DNA from: Hormiphora californensis
Lineage: Eukaryota; Animalia; Ctenophora
Assembly (NCBI GenBank): GCA_020137815.1
Contig: CM035352.1
Coordinates: forward strand, 2,480,001 to 2,544,000
Direction: 5' to 3'
Length of the DNA stretch: 64,000 bases
Shown one piece after another: positions 12,539 through 31,554 of this stretch. The notes beneath the pieces were generated by a model, which was not told where the DNA came from, did not search any database, and saw only the letters and a list, made by a program, of their open reading frames with translations. Every line of letters begins with the position of its first letter. The stretch's first letter is position 1. The position numbers and the translations under genes were made by a program.

Positions 12539-13480
12539 GACAACAGCTGGTAGGAACAAATGTGCTTGGGTACAAGTAGAAATGTGTGATAGCTGGATGG
12601 GAGCTCTGACTAATGTTGGCAATAAACGAATTTTCCCTTCTCTCACACCCTCCTCCCTGCTGGGGGAGCCTGTCACGTGGTTAGACCGGCGGGGTCACGT
12701 GACAAGATCGGGTACCCCTGTTGATCACTTTGGGAGAGAGAGAGTTAGAGGGAGTGAGAGAGAGAGAGAGAGTGAAAGAAAGAGAGAGAGAGAGTGAGAG
12801 AAAGATAAAGGGTGATAGAAAGAGAGAGTCAAAAAGAGAGAAATATAGATTTGGTTTGTAGTTGTTGCGTGAGTACTTTCCCACAACCCGCGGATGGTTG
12901 TTTTATGACGACGGACATTAAATGATTATTAAAGTTGGAGAACCAGTGGTGATATACAATAGTATAGAGATTAAACAACCATATTACCAAAACAACTTGA
13001 TAACACATGGTCTCACACACTACGTGAATAATCATCAGCAGCTCTCCGCGGTCCCAATAATTGGAGAGCCGGGGTGCAGGAACTGTCATGAATGCACCCA
13101 AACAGGGGGTAGACTATTTGTCCCTTTCTAGCACCCCTAAAAGTTCCCCCCTGATTCCAAATTATTGTTCCCATGATCCATGTTGTTTTTAGAATTGACA
13201 GCAGTTGGCACCATAAAGTCTTCTAATGCTGGCTCCCATCTGGTTATATCACTCCTGGCCAGAGAGAGACAAAACCCGGTCATCAAGATTGGTTTGGTTT
13301 GGTCAATATATGATTTATTCAGCAATACAGATGTGATCGTTAACGCCTTCCAATAGTGGCAAGTTTTAATTGGCAGCCAATTAAAAACCTAAACGCGTTT
13401 CGTCTGCAGTGGCTTCCTGATTGGGGAGTAGTAGCGATATCATTGTGATTTGGTTGGTGTGATGTGTCTAGTAATTCTAG

Positions 13481-17680
<4,200 letters not shown>

Positions 17681-18055
17681 TAACCAACAATCCCTCAATC
17701 AATGCAGATTGCACATCTCACTATTTTTCTCTCCCCTCTATCTCTTTCAATTGCAACTCTCTTGAGCATTGTAATAGGCGTGTGATCGGCGAGAGTTCTC
17801 TAGATTTGGATCAAGTGTGTATAGTGAGACATAGCCTTGATTGTTAACACATAAAATTGCGTGGGTTTAAGTTGAGAGAAAACTGAGAATATTAATACAC
17901 CATTATATGTGTGTAAGGGCGTGAGATTAATTCATGCATGAATGAAAATCTGTACATGTCGTGTGAGAATATAATACTAATATCTACATTGCGCCCTTTC
18001 AATTTGATACGTCATGTGTGTAAAATAGGGTACATAAGATATTCTCGTATCACGT

Positions 18056-21000
18056 TCAGTTATATAGTTGGCTAAAAGTTCTCTAATTGTTATTGTCCAC
18101 AGTTATAGCTCACCCGTATTTGTTCACCAAGTCATTAATATCACCCTTGTTTGGCGAGGCCCGGGTGGTACTACTGAGACCAGGACTGAAGGAGTTGTTA
18201 TGGAGTGAGGAGTTGGGTGTGTGTCGGGGTGTCCGGTGGGTGTCCATTTCCATGGTTACCAATAACTCGTTCTTGGACCTAACCGTTGTCTCCTAGGGTT
18301 TTCAGATACTGCTCCTTTTGGGCCAACAGCGCCTTCAGATTCTGCAGCTCCTCAAGGTTCTTCTGGTTACTGGCAGAGCTAAGCTCGCTCTTCTGCTTGG
18401 CCTTCAATCCAGCCAGTTCATCCTTCAACCTGCTCATTTCCTCTTGTAGGCCCTGGCAGTGTTTAGGCTGTCTTGTCCAAATCACCCACTAGTCCCTTGA
18501 GTTGATCTTTCAATGCCTCGGCTCTGAGTTTGCTCTCTATCCGGACATCAGGAGCCACCCTAGGCCACGACGAGCTGCAAGGCCCTGGGGGAGTCTATCT
18601 CCCTGCTAACAGCATCAAATGAGCCGTTAGAGACATCAGTTAGGTTAATCTCAACCACCCTATCCCCCGTTCGGAGCCGGTTAGTCCGCCCAGCTGAACC
18701 ACTAGAATCCACTGACTCTACATAAACCCCATGCTTGTCCTGCCCTCAGGTAGATGCCCCTGGGTAGCTGTTGGGTTATAGCAGGTAGGTCCACACTAAC
18801 TAGTTCCAGAGTCTCGCCAGGTTTCAGTACATTACACAGGTTGTACATACTGCTCCCCTTCTTGGCCTTCTCCACCTCTTTCTTTAGCTTCCTCACCTCA
18901 TCATCACGTCTTCTAGCCGCCTGGTGAGTCACCTCTAACTCCTTCTCCAGTTTAGTCAGTTCATCCTTTGCACTAGCCTCACTGTTCTTGTATGCCTCCA
19001 GTGCCTTCTCTTGTGCTAACAGAGCGTTCTCTAACCTACCCACCCTAGCTTTAACATCATCGTATTGCAGTTGGAGAGACTCCAGACTCTCATTTAGGTG
19101 TCTGTTGTCGTGTTCCAATCTCCCATTCTCTGCTATTTTCTGTTTTATCTCATCAGCAAGGTCCTCGTTCACTGCTTTAAGCCGCTCAACCTCCCGTTTG
19201 TTTACATCTAACTGAGCTTCAGCCTCAATTCTTGCTACCTGAGACACAGTTGATTGGATTTTAGGTAAAAACAGTACCATGAGTCGATTAATGTGTTGTT
19301 GAGTCTGGGGTATTAGGTGTCACGTGATCGGTCACGTGATATTTGGGTGATCAGGGAGCATGGGAATATTGAGGAATATTTGATTAGAGGGGCATGACAG
19401 AGAGGGACACATAGTGGCAATTATATATTCTCCTGGGAAGACCTAGGATGGAAACCAAAACATCACAGTGAATCACAAGATTACTAACAGAAGAGGGGAG
19501 GTGGGTTCCTATTTCTCTCTCATTCACTCACCTCTGCAGCCCTTAGGTCTGACTTCATGATGTCCAGATCTTCAGTACGTCTCATTAAGCTCCTTTACAC
19601 GGAGGACCAGGGTGCTCTCCAGACTGTTGACCGTCTGTTGCAGGGCATCGCACTAGAGGGAGAGGGAGGGTTGTAACAAATGGGGTGACAAATATAATTA
19701 ACTTAAGGCGAGTGGTATTCTCGAACGAAAAAATATATATAGCAGGCGTCATGACTATACAAAATGATTGTTCTCAATACCTGTTTAGCAAGAAGTGCCA
19801 ATCGTTCATTATCTGAATCAAAGAACTGAGCTGGGTTTATCTCTCCCTCAGTCTTCTCCACCTACCAGCACCTCGTTACGTTTATGAAGGAGCTCAGTTT
19901 GCAGTTTCCAGTTGGACTGACTGCCGTCGCTGTTACATTCAAGCTGTGTCATCTGATAGGGATGTTATTATGTGTTAAATTGATCATCATCTTTTTCGCC
20001 AACTTCTCGATTGGTAAATAGAACTGAAACCCCAATTAAATGATTATTTTAGCCTCTCCCCCCTCTATCTCTCTCGGTACATGTTCCTACCATATTCTTG
20101 TTCTGTTCTTCCAGATCCTTCACCATCTCATCCTTCTGTCGGAGGGCTGTCTCCAGAGCACTTATCCTATCACTATACAGCTTCTCCAGCTCCATGATCG
20201 TCCCAACAACTGCATCTGTCTTACCGTCCTGTAATTTTATTGAGGTTGGCAGCAAGTTCTCTCTGTGTGACAAGTGGAACAGTAGAAGGAACTTATATAT
20301 GTTAACCTGGTATCCAGGAAGGGGAAATGAGGAAAAATGTCGCATATTTCTAGAAGGTACTGTCAGGCCAATGCTCTGACAGCTACAGAGGAGTTTCAAA
20401 GAAAACAAAGTAACGTGCATGCAGAAGCGTCTATAGGAGATAAGTCTGGTCATCTCATGTTACACATATTTGATAAGCAAGTCAACTTCTCATCAACTTC
20501 ACCACAGAAAACTTAATTCTGGAACTTTGCAGTTTGCACTAAAAGTAAAACTACCCAAGTCCCAACATGAAAAAAAGGAAGCATGCTCTATAGTTGGTCA
20601 AGGAAGTGTCATAGCTCACCTGATTCTTGTTAATGAGTTCCTGATTGGACACCTTCAGTTTATTAATCTCTGCCTCAATCTGATTCTTCTGGGCATCCTG
20701 CTCAATACTCATTCTCAGTGCCTGTTCCTTGAGATCATGGTACGCCTTCTGCATTGAGGTCAACTGAAACAGAAGGGTGTTAAGTCCAGCATCCCACGGA
20801 CGTGGTGTGTTGGTGACCTGTTTGAAGGTCCATTTCTCAGGGTCACCCCCGGCAGGAGGCTGTTCCCAGATAGTGTCCAGATCTCTCATGATCAGAGTAC
20901 AAAAGTAAAACAAGACGTGTTGTGAATGCGCAATGTTATGGGCTATTCTAATTTCCGGGACTGGGTGCGAGAGGGGAGGCTAGGTTATTGGATTGACCCA

Positions 21001-21609
21001 TATGATAGCCCCAATATATTTGGTAATCTTCCATTTCCACCTACAATCCCAGTACTGGGGCCAGTACCGACCCTGGCCCATTATTAACTTCACTGTTATG
21101 CCCCAACTACAAACACGGTGACGTCATCAATCAGTTAAAAGACACATCAACTCAGCATGTCTTACCTCTGATTGCAGAACCTCAAGTTGCCTCAGCTTCG
21201 GTTTTGTCTCCTCTATCTCCGCGAGGAGGTTCCTGTATTGCCTCTTTAGGTCAGCCTGTTGCGGGGGTACTTTAACGACAATATCCACGTCAGGCTGGCG
21301 ACGTGATCCCCCACTCTGGGGAGATCGGGGTGTTCGTGGTGCAATGGACATGGGCAACAGAGAGGGGGGAGCTAGATAGTTACCAGCTCAGCAAACTAAA
21401 TCGAATGGAAATACCTGGTGAGGATCGGTTGCAGTACGAGACATGGCTCTCTCTCTCTCTCTCTAGTGTATGTAGTGTAACAAGGGAGGGAGAGAGGGGG
21501 GACAGAGAGAAAGGTGAATGAGAGTGTGGGGTTCTCCTAGGTGACGGGCCAACCTTGAGCTACCTGGGAGCCACCCCACCAAGGAGATGGGTCTCTCTCT
21601 CTTCATCTA

Positions 21610-21684
<75 letters not shown>

Positions 21685-24600
21685 ATCTCTCTCTCTCTCT
21701 CTCTCTCTCCCTCCTTTTTCCGGGACTGGATCATCTATAAATTGAGGTGAAGGTCTGGAGGGGAGAAACTATCTAATTACAAATGCTGTGAGTTACACCA
21801 TGGCCGTAGGGGGCGTTAGGGAGGAGTGTGTAAGGATGGGGTGGCATCTTCCCCAATTGAGAGAGAAGGACCTGGATGAACGCCAAGAATGGATGTGAAG
21901 TGAACCAGAGACAACTCAGTGAGAAAGCGAACGTAGGTTAACGGTTCACATTTGTTGAGTAAGGAGTAAGAAATGTCCTCCACCCCTTACTCAACAAGTT
22001 CAAATAGGATACTTACATGAACCATTTGTCTCGATATTGCCTTCCGATTCCTCATCTCCCTCCTCCTCTTCTGTACTCCCTGCTTCTTCAACAATTTTAG
22101 GCAGCTTTATCTCGTATGCTCCTTCATAAACATCACTATCATCATGAACCTCTCCGCGGTGCTTGTTGGTTATTCAGCCGTTTCAACCTCCTACACAGAG
22201 TCCGGTAACTACCACTCAGGGTCGTCAATCTCAGAAGTGTCCTCACTCTCAGATGTCTCTGAGTCGGAGGTTGTCAGTTCGTCATACGCTGCCCCATAAC
22301 TTGTATCAGGTCTGGGCTGTTGGAGAGGTCTGACAGTGTCTATTGAAACTTGCAGCTCCTGAGACTCAGTATCACAGTGTGTCCCATTCGGAAGATAATT
22401 GTTGTTATTTCTTCTGTTGCCGTCTCTTCCTCCCCGATGGTACTACCTCCCTCTGATGTTGCATTCTCACAAGCCAGGCACAGTGTGACGTCACATGCTT
22501 CTGACGTCACATGTGATGGTGATATCACAACCTCTGATTCCAAGTCTGATTGGTCCAGGTCAGTCGGGTCGTCGCCCAGTGTTGTTGTTGTCTGGCTATC
22601 CAGGTTGTCCGTTGGAGGAAGTGAACTACAGCTGGAGATACCATCAGGGGTTTCCGATACAACTGTGAAAGGCATTGTGTCATTCACAGACGTCTCTCCA
22701 GCTAGATAGTTTGGGGATGTGACCGGTGAAAGGGCACTGAGGGATGATGATTGTGAGCCTAGTTCAATATCTCTAGGGAGCACCATGCCTCCATCCTCGT
22801 GAAGTTCCTCGTTTCTAACGCGGGCCGGTGCTCCTTCATAAACATCTCCGTTACACGCTCCCTCACAAACATTTCCATTGGGTATTACTCCTTCATAAAC
22901 ATCATCATCGCCACTATCCCATTCTGGCTCCTCTGCAGGTGGTTCATTTCTGTTGCTCAGAATAATCACAGAGTTCACATCGGGAATAATGACTGGCTCC
23001 TCAATGGTAGGAATTGCCTCGTTGGGATCATCCTGTATCTCACACTCATGGTAATGTATGTACTCTGAGTCCGATTGGTCAGAGTGGTACGTCACCTCAA
23101 TCCCCACTGTACCCCTTTCCATGTTTGCAGGGTGTAGGTCGTGGGAAACTACTTCGATCTTTTCGGAGAGCGCCATGAAGAGCTCTTCAATTTCACTTTC
23201 TGAGATCTCAGACTCAGATTCTGCGGGGAATACGTCACTGTTTTCCTCGTCTTCTTTCCGGCAGAGATTTTCCGCTGCCTCAAACTCTTGGCAAGAATCT
23301 GATGCATGTTGTTGCTCACTGCAAGGGATTTCTTGTTGTGATGAACCCTCCTTATCAGAGAGATGAGTCTTGTCAACCCTGGATTTCCCAATCCCACTGT
23401 CCGATTCATATTCTTCGTGTTGGACACAAATCGTTTCATTTTGAACCGAACTACCCTCCTGTAGATTTTCCTTTCCTGCATCATCTCCTTTGGTCCCCTG
23501 CTCTCCTTCCCTCTCTTGTGCTACTTTAACCTGCTCTAAGTATACTGGGTTAGAGTACACTGAAGATCCACCGCTGCTGCACAAAGTACCCTCGTTACTA
23601 CACCGATCATAGTTTGAATCACTGAAGTTGTGTCTATCAGTATCTAGTGAGGTAGTGAAACTATCCCCGCAACAATCCAACATATCGCTGATCTCAAACC
23701 GGAGTCGGTCTACTGACTCTTTTAGTTGTGCGGTGGAGGCTGTGGAGGCCATTGTACTGAGAGATGGCTGGGATAGGGATGTTGTTGAAGAGACCTTCCG
23801 TTTTGAGGGTATCTTTTCCTGTTTGGGGACTTGATCCTGTTTTGAGGGGATCTGATCCTGTTTTGTAAGGGATGTAGAGACAGGAGAAGGGATAGAGCCG
23901 TCAATATCAGTCATTTCATTATCCTGGACAACATGATCTGAAGGTCGTGCTTCTGTCGATAGCTCCAGTTTCTGTTCCTCCAGTACCTCAGATATAACGG
24001 CTGACTCAGTGTTTAACGACTCCTCACTTCTCTGTCTTCTCTCCTCAGCTGATCTCCTCCTCCTGGTAGCTCTATCTCCGGAGAACGATTTGGACCGTTT
24101 TATAACAGCTGGCTCATGTTTGGACGATGTCGTTACTGAGAAGGATCTACTCAGTTCTGGGCGAGGTTCAGTCCCTGGTGATCCTCCTTGGGATGAGAGC
24201 TTCTCAAAAAACTCAATAGATCGCGAGATCAAACTTTGTTTTTGGGTTTTGGGACTACATTCTTCCTGGAGCCCTTTAGAGCTCTCTACAGAGCTGCTAG
24301 CGAGTGATAAACTCCTCTTGTCCTCAAAACTGTTAACCAGCGAAGAGTTTCCAAGATCAGATTCTCCACCGAATAAAGATCTCCTAGCTTGGACATTGTC
24401 AGGAAACGGAGAGCTACAAACACTCCCTGCATCAGAGACTTTCCGAACACTGGATCCCGCCTCACTGGGTGACATGCTTCCCAGAGGGTCTTTTAGAGCA
24501 CTTTTCATCCTCTCCGGACTGAAATACATCTCCTGGAGGAGATCTGACTTCTCCTCGAGGGCACAAAACAATGCTCGAGTTTCATCCAGTAGGGCCATTG

Positions 24601-27600
24601 ATTCGGAGGTTCTTGGTGCCTGGTGAGTGGAGCTGTCTTCAGAGTTAGATTTGGAGATACTACACCGTTCTTTGGAGTCGTCCCCTGATACAGGTCTGTC
24701 TTCCTTTCTGATGGTTTTGGTGACGTCATCACTTGGAAGAGTGTCCTCCCGCGGATTGACGTCATTACAAACAGAGAAGAAGTCTGAGATGGGACAGATT
24801 TCAGGTGTCTGGATCCTCACAAGATGATCTCCACCAGTTTCGGTATTCTGCACGTTACAATTAACTTCCTGGTCATAATCCATGCAACCTTGTCTAACAA
24901 ATGGTACTGGTTTAGATTCTTGAAACTCATCAAGCTTCGGTTTTTGAGACGAAGATTCTCGATCTGGGCGATTTGGAGACGAAGATTTTCGATGATCTCG
25001 GTCGAGTTTCCACCACCATTGATTGTAACAACACATCACCCTCCACACCACATTCCACAACTGGTACATGAGATTGATCCTCATCCAGATCTGTAACCTA
25101 CCATCATCTCTATCTCTCCCAGCTCTATCGTCCCCTCAGATTGTGCCATTTCTCCCAACATCGCTCTCTAGTTGGGTTAGGATTGTTCGGAGTGTCGCCT
25201 CTTCTTCTTCTTGATCTTCTTCCTCTCCTCCTGGTACCCACACTCCAGACTTCCTCGAAACTGTTGGTAGAATCTAAACTGTGAAACTGGTTGGAAGATT
25301 CCAGGCTGTGAGACTGATTGAGGGAGGAGTCTAGGGACGGTGTTTGTGATATCTAGATCCGGTACATCACTCTGCAGCACAACATGAGCCTCATTTTGTT
25401 GCTTCAACAGCGCCTGCTGTCTCACCTCCTCAACATACCGCTGATACTCCTCCTCACTTTCAAACTTACCCCGATCTATATCGAAGTTGTCCCAGCTCAT
25501 ATCCATTAGCTGACTCCTAGCAGTCAGTTTGGGGGTGTCTGATGGAGCAGTGGATGGGGTAGTGAGAGGGGGATCTTGAGAGACAGTACTGGCTGAACAC
25601 AGTCTCACTATCGGTATTTCTAATGTCACCGAATCTTCACTTTCCTCTGCTGAGGAAGATATTTCCTGATCCATGGGTCGGTAACTGTTACAATCACTGA
25701 CATTAACCCCACTATCTGAACACGGTGTCACATCGTCTATATCTCCTCCACCCTCACTGTCCGAGAAGGAGAGAGAGTGACCCAGAGTGGTGTTTCCAGA
25801 GTTGTTTAGGAGAAGGTGGTGTTTGGTGCGGGGTGATATTGTTTCAGAAGTAGCTGCAAAGGAGGCGTTAGCTGGAAGGGAGGGATGGGATGGTAGGTAG
25901 TCGGGTGGTGGTTGGTATTGTAGGTCTGCAAATAGTCGATCCTCTATGCTGCCCATAGATGAGGGTGGGCTATCTGCACCTGATAGAAGATGTGTCTGTT
26001 TATTTTATAAACTCTTTTCTCTATCTTTCATTCTACAAACTCCTTTCTATTGAAATACTCTCTCAATCATCACTTACCCATCCATTGGTTATGCATGGCC
26101 TCGAACCCCGATCTGATTCTCTGTTGACTAACATCCACCCTGCCTCCCTCAGATCCAAGATCGCCCTCTAATGTTGATATCAGAGACATGTTCACTGGAA
26201 TCTCGCTAAAGGACGGGTCCTGCATCATCACCATCGAATCGCTGAAGATAGAGGTATGTTAACTGTAAATAAGTCAATGAATAGCTTAATTTGTAGTTAG
26301 CTCCAACTAAGAAGATCAATTTAAAACACAGCTTCTGACAGCTCATGATGTATAGGATATTAGCTGTAGATCTGTAAACATGCACGAGCCTCTAATTCTA
26401 CCTCGATATATAATATCTCTGTACTAATTGCTTCTTACCGGTCTGATTCTGCCGATCTGAAGTCAGGGATCTCCCCACTAGCGATAGAGGAGGTTGAGGG
26501 TGCAAAGTTTAGTCGGGGTGTTTGGTGGGATGCGAAGCTGTCAAACGGAGTGATGCTTGTAAATGAGGCTGAAAATAGAGTTAGGTTGTTTTGTGGCATC
26601 ATGGTGGAGTTTTAGGTTTATTTTCATGACGTCATCAAAGCTGTACTTTACCGGAAGAGGGTTAAAATTTGATTATTTGAACTTACTGCTGGTGAATTCT
26701 GAGGGGTGTTTGTAGGAGAATTTGGAACTGGGATGCTTTAAACTCGTGTTATACATCTGAAACATGTGTTATTAGCAAAACCAATCTTACAGTGGGTGAA
26801 ATCTCCAAACTCAGAATAAGAGGGTCACATCATGCCCAGATCCATGTCCAAATATTTCCCATTGAAACTCATGAAAAACAGCATTTATCCTGAAAAATAC
26901 CTCTGGTGTACTGGGTGCCTTAGTAAGAACAAATCGGACATTCTCGAATGCCAGCCATCTTCTTTGTAACAGCACCGGACTTTCTGTACTTCTCAACAGT
27001 TTATCTGTGCGGGGGAGTATCATATATTGGTTACCATGGTAACATGGAGAATTGGTGTGAAGGGGTCGGTGTACTGACTAATTCCCCGATAATTTCATGG
27101 TTTCCATGGTGATTACCTTGCTGGTCTCGTCTCTCTATCAGGTGGTAGCGCTGACATGGATCCAAATGGTACTTGTTGACAAGTTCTGTTATGACACGAT
27201 TAGTAGTGGCGTCCTCTGAGACCTCCACTGCCCCACGACGCAGTGGGCAGGCACATCTCTGTAGCTCATCATCACCAAAAACCTGGAAAGTGTCATGGGG
27301 TAGACAATTAATTTGTCGTGATTGAAGCTACACTTGTTACAGCCAGGAAAAGACCTTACCAGCATGATAGCTCTGGGTTTCTGGCGGAGTTCAAATCGGT
27401 AACACTCTGTGGAACTCCAATCTTGATGCAGAAAGAGAGGTCTATCTGTGTCCATGAGGGGTCTGTCACTAACTGAGAGGAGAAGGAGGGATATTAGAAT
27501 TCAGAATAATGCTCCAAAATATGTGTTACTAATGTCATTAGTAATGACAAGCATAAATTATATGTTCAAATTACAAATACTGACCTGATGAATTGAAGAA

Positions 27601-29754
27601 CTTTGCACAGAGAAAGAAGTCCTGCTCACACCCCGGTAGACCTAGTTTGGTGTGTATGGTGGAGAGGAGCTCCTGGGCGGTGGTATCAGGGGAGATTAGG
27701 AACCCCTTATACCCCTCCACCCCTCCCTCTATCTGGTCTGCCCACACACGAATCAGGTTCTGCTCTTTTGCTCTGTGGACAGAGAGAGATATTAGTAGGG
27801 ACAAAACACAATAGATGTTGCATGCAGTAGAACGGAAGATATCAAGTTCAACTGGTAACTACCCAGTTTTTATTAGATCGGCGGACAGGTACCTACCTTG
27901 TCTGAGGGGCATCTGAAGAGGGAGAGTTGCAGGTTCTATCGCTGAGAGAGGAACGCCGGGAATTCGATGGACTACCTCTGATGGATCCCTGAGAGGTGTA
28001 AACAAGAGATCAATGTCATGGAGCGGTATTCAAATGTCGCGGTAAACATCTGATCCTACTAGGGGGGGGGGGGCACTTGGCGCATGTGATTGAATTATTT
28101 CTTACCTTGGCTCTCTTAATCATCTTCATGATACCGGTACCCTTCCCATTTGCCCCTGATGATCCCTTGTTCGTTGTACCCCTGAAAATAGTGTTTGTAA
28201 AGGAGCAATTGCTTGTTTTTATGAAGGAGTAGTACCGTTTGGTTTTATGAAGGAGCAATTGCTTGTTTTTATGAAGGAGCACTTCGTACAACAACGTACC
28301 CTGGTGATGGTGCTCGAGCTGACATAGTGCGTTTCAGTTTGGTAGGTTTGGTAGTTGTAGGGGGATGAGAAGGGGATGTTGGCCTCTTCTTGATGTGTAG
28401 AGGGTTAAATGAATAACCCGATTCCACCTGGGATGGATTAGTGGTGAAATTGTATTTTGGCTTGTTAGTTGAACAAAATCTATACACATAATCATTGATA
28501 ATGATAACCAAACATACGTATACAGAGAATCCAGTAAAAGCGTGAGGAGAATAAGCAAATTTGAGATATTACAAACATATGGTAATGGAAGGAACTCTCT
28601 TCCCCTTCTCGCTCTCGACGATGTTTAACAAAATGTACACAATATCATGATCACTCCATCATGTATAACATCAGGCAGCAATATTGCAGGGAATGTTACA
28701 TATGTGTGCTTTTTGGGGCAACAAACACACACTAAACTCAACTAGGACTCAAACTATTAGGAATCTATAAAACAGCATTCATGGATGTCATTTATAGTCA
28801 TGTCTTCAAAGTTGAACTGTGAACTTCAAGTCCCTACCTGTTCATAGTGAAGATAGGCTGGGGTGGACCGAGAGAGCATTGTGTAACAAAGTAATCTGAT
28901 CTGCACCAGCCCTAGAGTCCCTAGCTGTAGAGGCAGTTGCTACGATCACTCGCCCCCTTCCAGCAGCTTGAGAACGACAGTGCTTGAGAGGGCAGGCAAG
29001 AGAAAATGGGCTTTTTAGAAGCTTTGTGCGTGTGGCGGAATGCCATATAATGAGAAGGATCAATTTCTGTAAGGTTCATATCATCCCATCCCTTTCTCTC
29101 TCTCTGTATTTTACTTCCACCAAACTCCTCTCTCACTAACTCTCTCCATCTCTCTCTCTTCTCCTCTCTCACTACCTCTCTCTATCCCTTCTAGGTTGCC
29201 ATGGTAACGAATCTGACGCGAGGTGAAGTAACGAGACTGTAGAGTAAAATGAGGATGATAAAACATCGGTACGAGAGGGACTGAGGGAGAGGGTGAAGAG
29301 AAAGAGAGAGAGGGTCGACGGAAAAAGAGAGGGAAAGATATTACATAAAGAGACATGGATAAGACAAAATGCATACCTGGAACTCGATTTCAATTTTCTC
29401 TGGGTCTATGGAGGGGTTCACTGGAGCAAGAGAGGGCGAAGATAAATGGTTGGGAATACATGATGGAGAGGTCGGACGTACCGTACTTACATCTGAAGAA
29501 AGTGAGATGTTTCAAAAACACGAAATCATTGAATCGAAATACTGACATTCTGAATAAAGAGATCTGAGCAAGAATTAAATAGGGAAGAAAATCTAAAAAT
29601 CCTGAAATACTGACACAGATCATTATTAGGAGCGATTTTTTGATGCGAAGTGGGTGCAAGCAATCTAATTACCCACCTTTTAGACTGACCGCTTTAAACG
29701 CATAGTAGGGCATGCTCAGGGCAGAAATAGCCGGTAACAATGGCTTAGGTGTGT

Positions 29755-29844
<90 letters not shown>

Positions 29845-30185
29845 AATAGCATCTCATGTGTTTCCGAGAGTACCATTGTGTACTCAATCCACGACTTACC
29901 CAACTGCTGTCCAACTGTTAGGTTATCACTTCCCCCTCCTCCCCTGGCTATAGGTTTGATACAAGCAGTGGGGGCGGTAGTTCCAATGTTAACAGGTGAG
30001 GTTATGTCAAGGGAAGGATGGTGATCACGGGGGGTTGACGTCATTGGTCCCACTGATGACGTCATACCGAGGGCGGGCTGTGAACGAAGCGGAAGTAGTG
30101 TGCTGCATTGTCCTCCATGTTGCTGCTGCTGCACAGGGGACTGTGTAGCTGCTGAGAGGGGCCTTGCTGTGCTGTTACCTATCAT
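18056..30185 (-). CDS. Large multi-exon protein: Ser/Pro-rich N-terminus, two Ras-association (RA)-like domains, ~1300-aa acidic disordered exon, C-terminal coiled coil (could be two genes)
   Basis: Exons 30185-29900 and ~29491-29378 splice in frame to ~28428. RA1 is LIRVWADQIEGGVEGYKGFLISPDTTAQELL...DRPLFLHQDW..YRFELR. RA2 is VFGDD...VEVSEDATTNRVITELVNKYHLD...ESPVLLQRRW...RFVL. A giant exon spans ~25980-22016, coiled-coil exons span 21370-18290, and the stop is at 18056. Confidence 0.65.
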
Positions 30186-30546
30186 GGGAAGAGGGGGAGA
30201 TAGAATGAACGAGAAAAAGGTAGAATGAACAAAACTGCTGTTGCATACAGATTCTCCAGCCCCCTTATGGGATGAATTTAAAACTTCAGCTGCTCTGACT
30301 CACTATCATGGTCACTAATAGTCTAGCCTAAATACCGACTCAGGACTACTGAATCAGTAGTCAGTACTCACTGTAGTCACTAGTAGTGCAGGTTGATGGT
30401 TGTGTTGATCTTACTGATCCTCTATTCCGGGGAAGGGATCTTTTGGAGTTTTGGCGTTGTAATAGAAATGGAGGTGGAGCAGCAGTGGAGCAACTGTCCT
30501 GGATACAGTGGGATTTTAATTAGTAGCACCAACAATCTGATCTACC

Positions 30547-30620
30547 CTGTCAGAGCATTGGCCTGACCCATTCTCGTTTCTCTCAAGAGAGAACTGTGGT
30601 CAGAGCATTGGCCTGACAGG
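30547..30620. mobile_element. Tiny dispersed element CCTGTCAGAGCATTGGCCTGAC...CAGAGCATTGGCCTGACAGG
   Basis: A near-identical copy lies at ~63404-63485, a partial copy at ~60585-60640, and a single inverted unit at 20360-20383. Confidence 0.7.
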
Positions 30621-31443
30621 ATCTACCCGCCCCCCCCCCTGTTTGGCTGGATCGGTCATCTGACGATCACCTGAAATTCTTGGTTCTCGCCCAACCCAAG
30701 AACTAAAACAATCCTCGTCCTCAAGACCTATTACCTGACTTGCAAGTGGTATTATTCTACCATCATTAGAGGCAAAACTCTGATCAGACAGAGTGCAGGA
30801 GTTATCAAGGTCATCTCGAATAATCTGCCGCTTTTTCTGGCTCTTCTTCCGTCCCGGGAGTTGGGCTGGAATGTACCTCTCGCTAGTTAACTGAGGGACA
30901 GTTGGTGAGATAGTTGCAAATTAACGAACCTAGTTTTCTGTCCGTTGGGTCATTAATTAGTTCTAGGTCTCCATGAATTTGGCCCGATGTGATTGAATTA
31001 TTTACTAAGAGGGTCGTTTGAGGGTCAGGACAAATACTTCGAGGCATACCTTCTTTCCATTATGAGTCATTATCCACAGTTGGTAAGAGGGCAAGAGACA
31101 TCTGATATATCACAAACGGCACACACACAGAAAAAGAAGGAGATAAAAATACTGGAGGAGGTGGATTACAGGTGGCTGGCCGGTATTGGAAAGCGCCCCC
31201 TTGTTGTTACCATGGCAACCATAGTGGGAGGAGTTTAGTCACCCAACCTGGGACAACTCTGTAATAGTGGTGATTGAAGATTCGTTTTAGTATTTTAGTT
31301 TGTGACCTCAGATTTAGCTTTGTCACTATTCCCGTTGTTAGTGGAATTAGAAGTTTAGAACTGCTGCAGCTGTAATACATCTGCAGCGGCATGCGTTGAC
31401 GTATTTTGTCGGAAGTAAGAGAGGGGGGAGAGATAGAGAGAAA

Positions 31444-31554
<111 letters not shown>

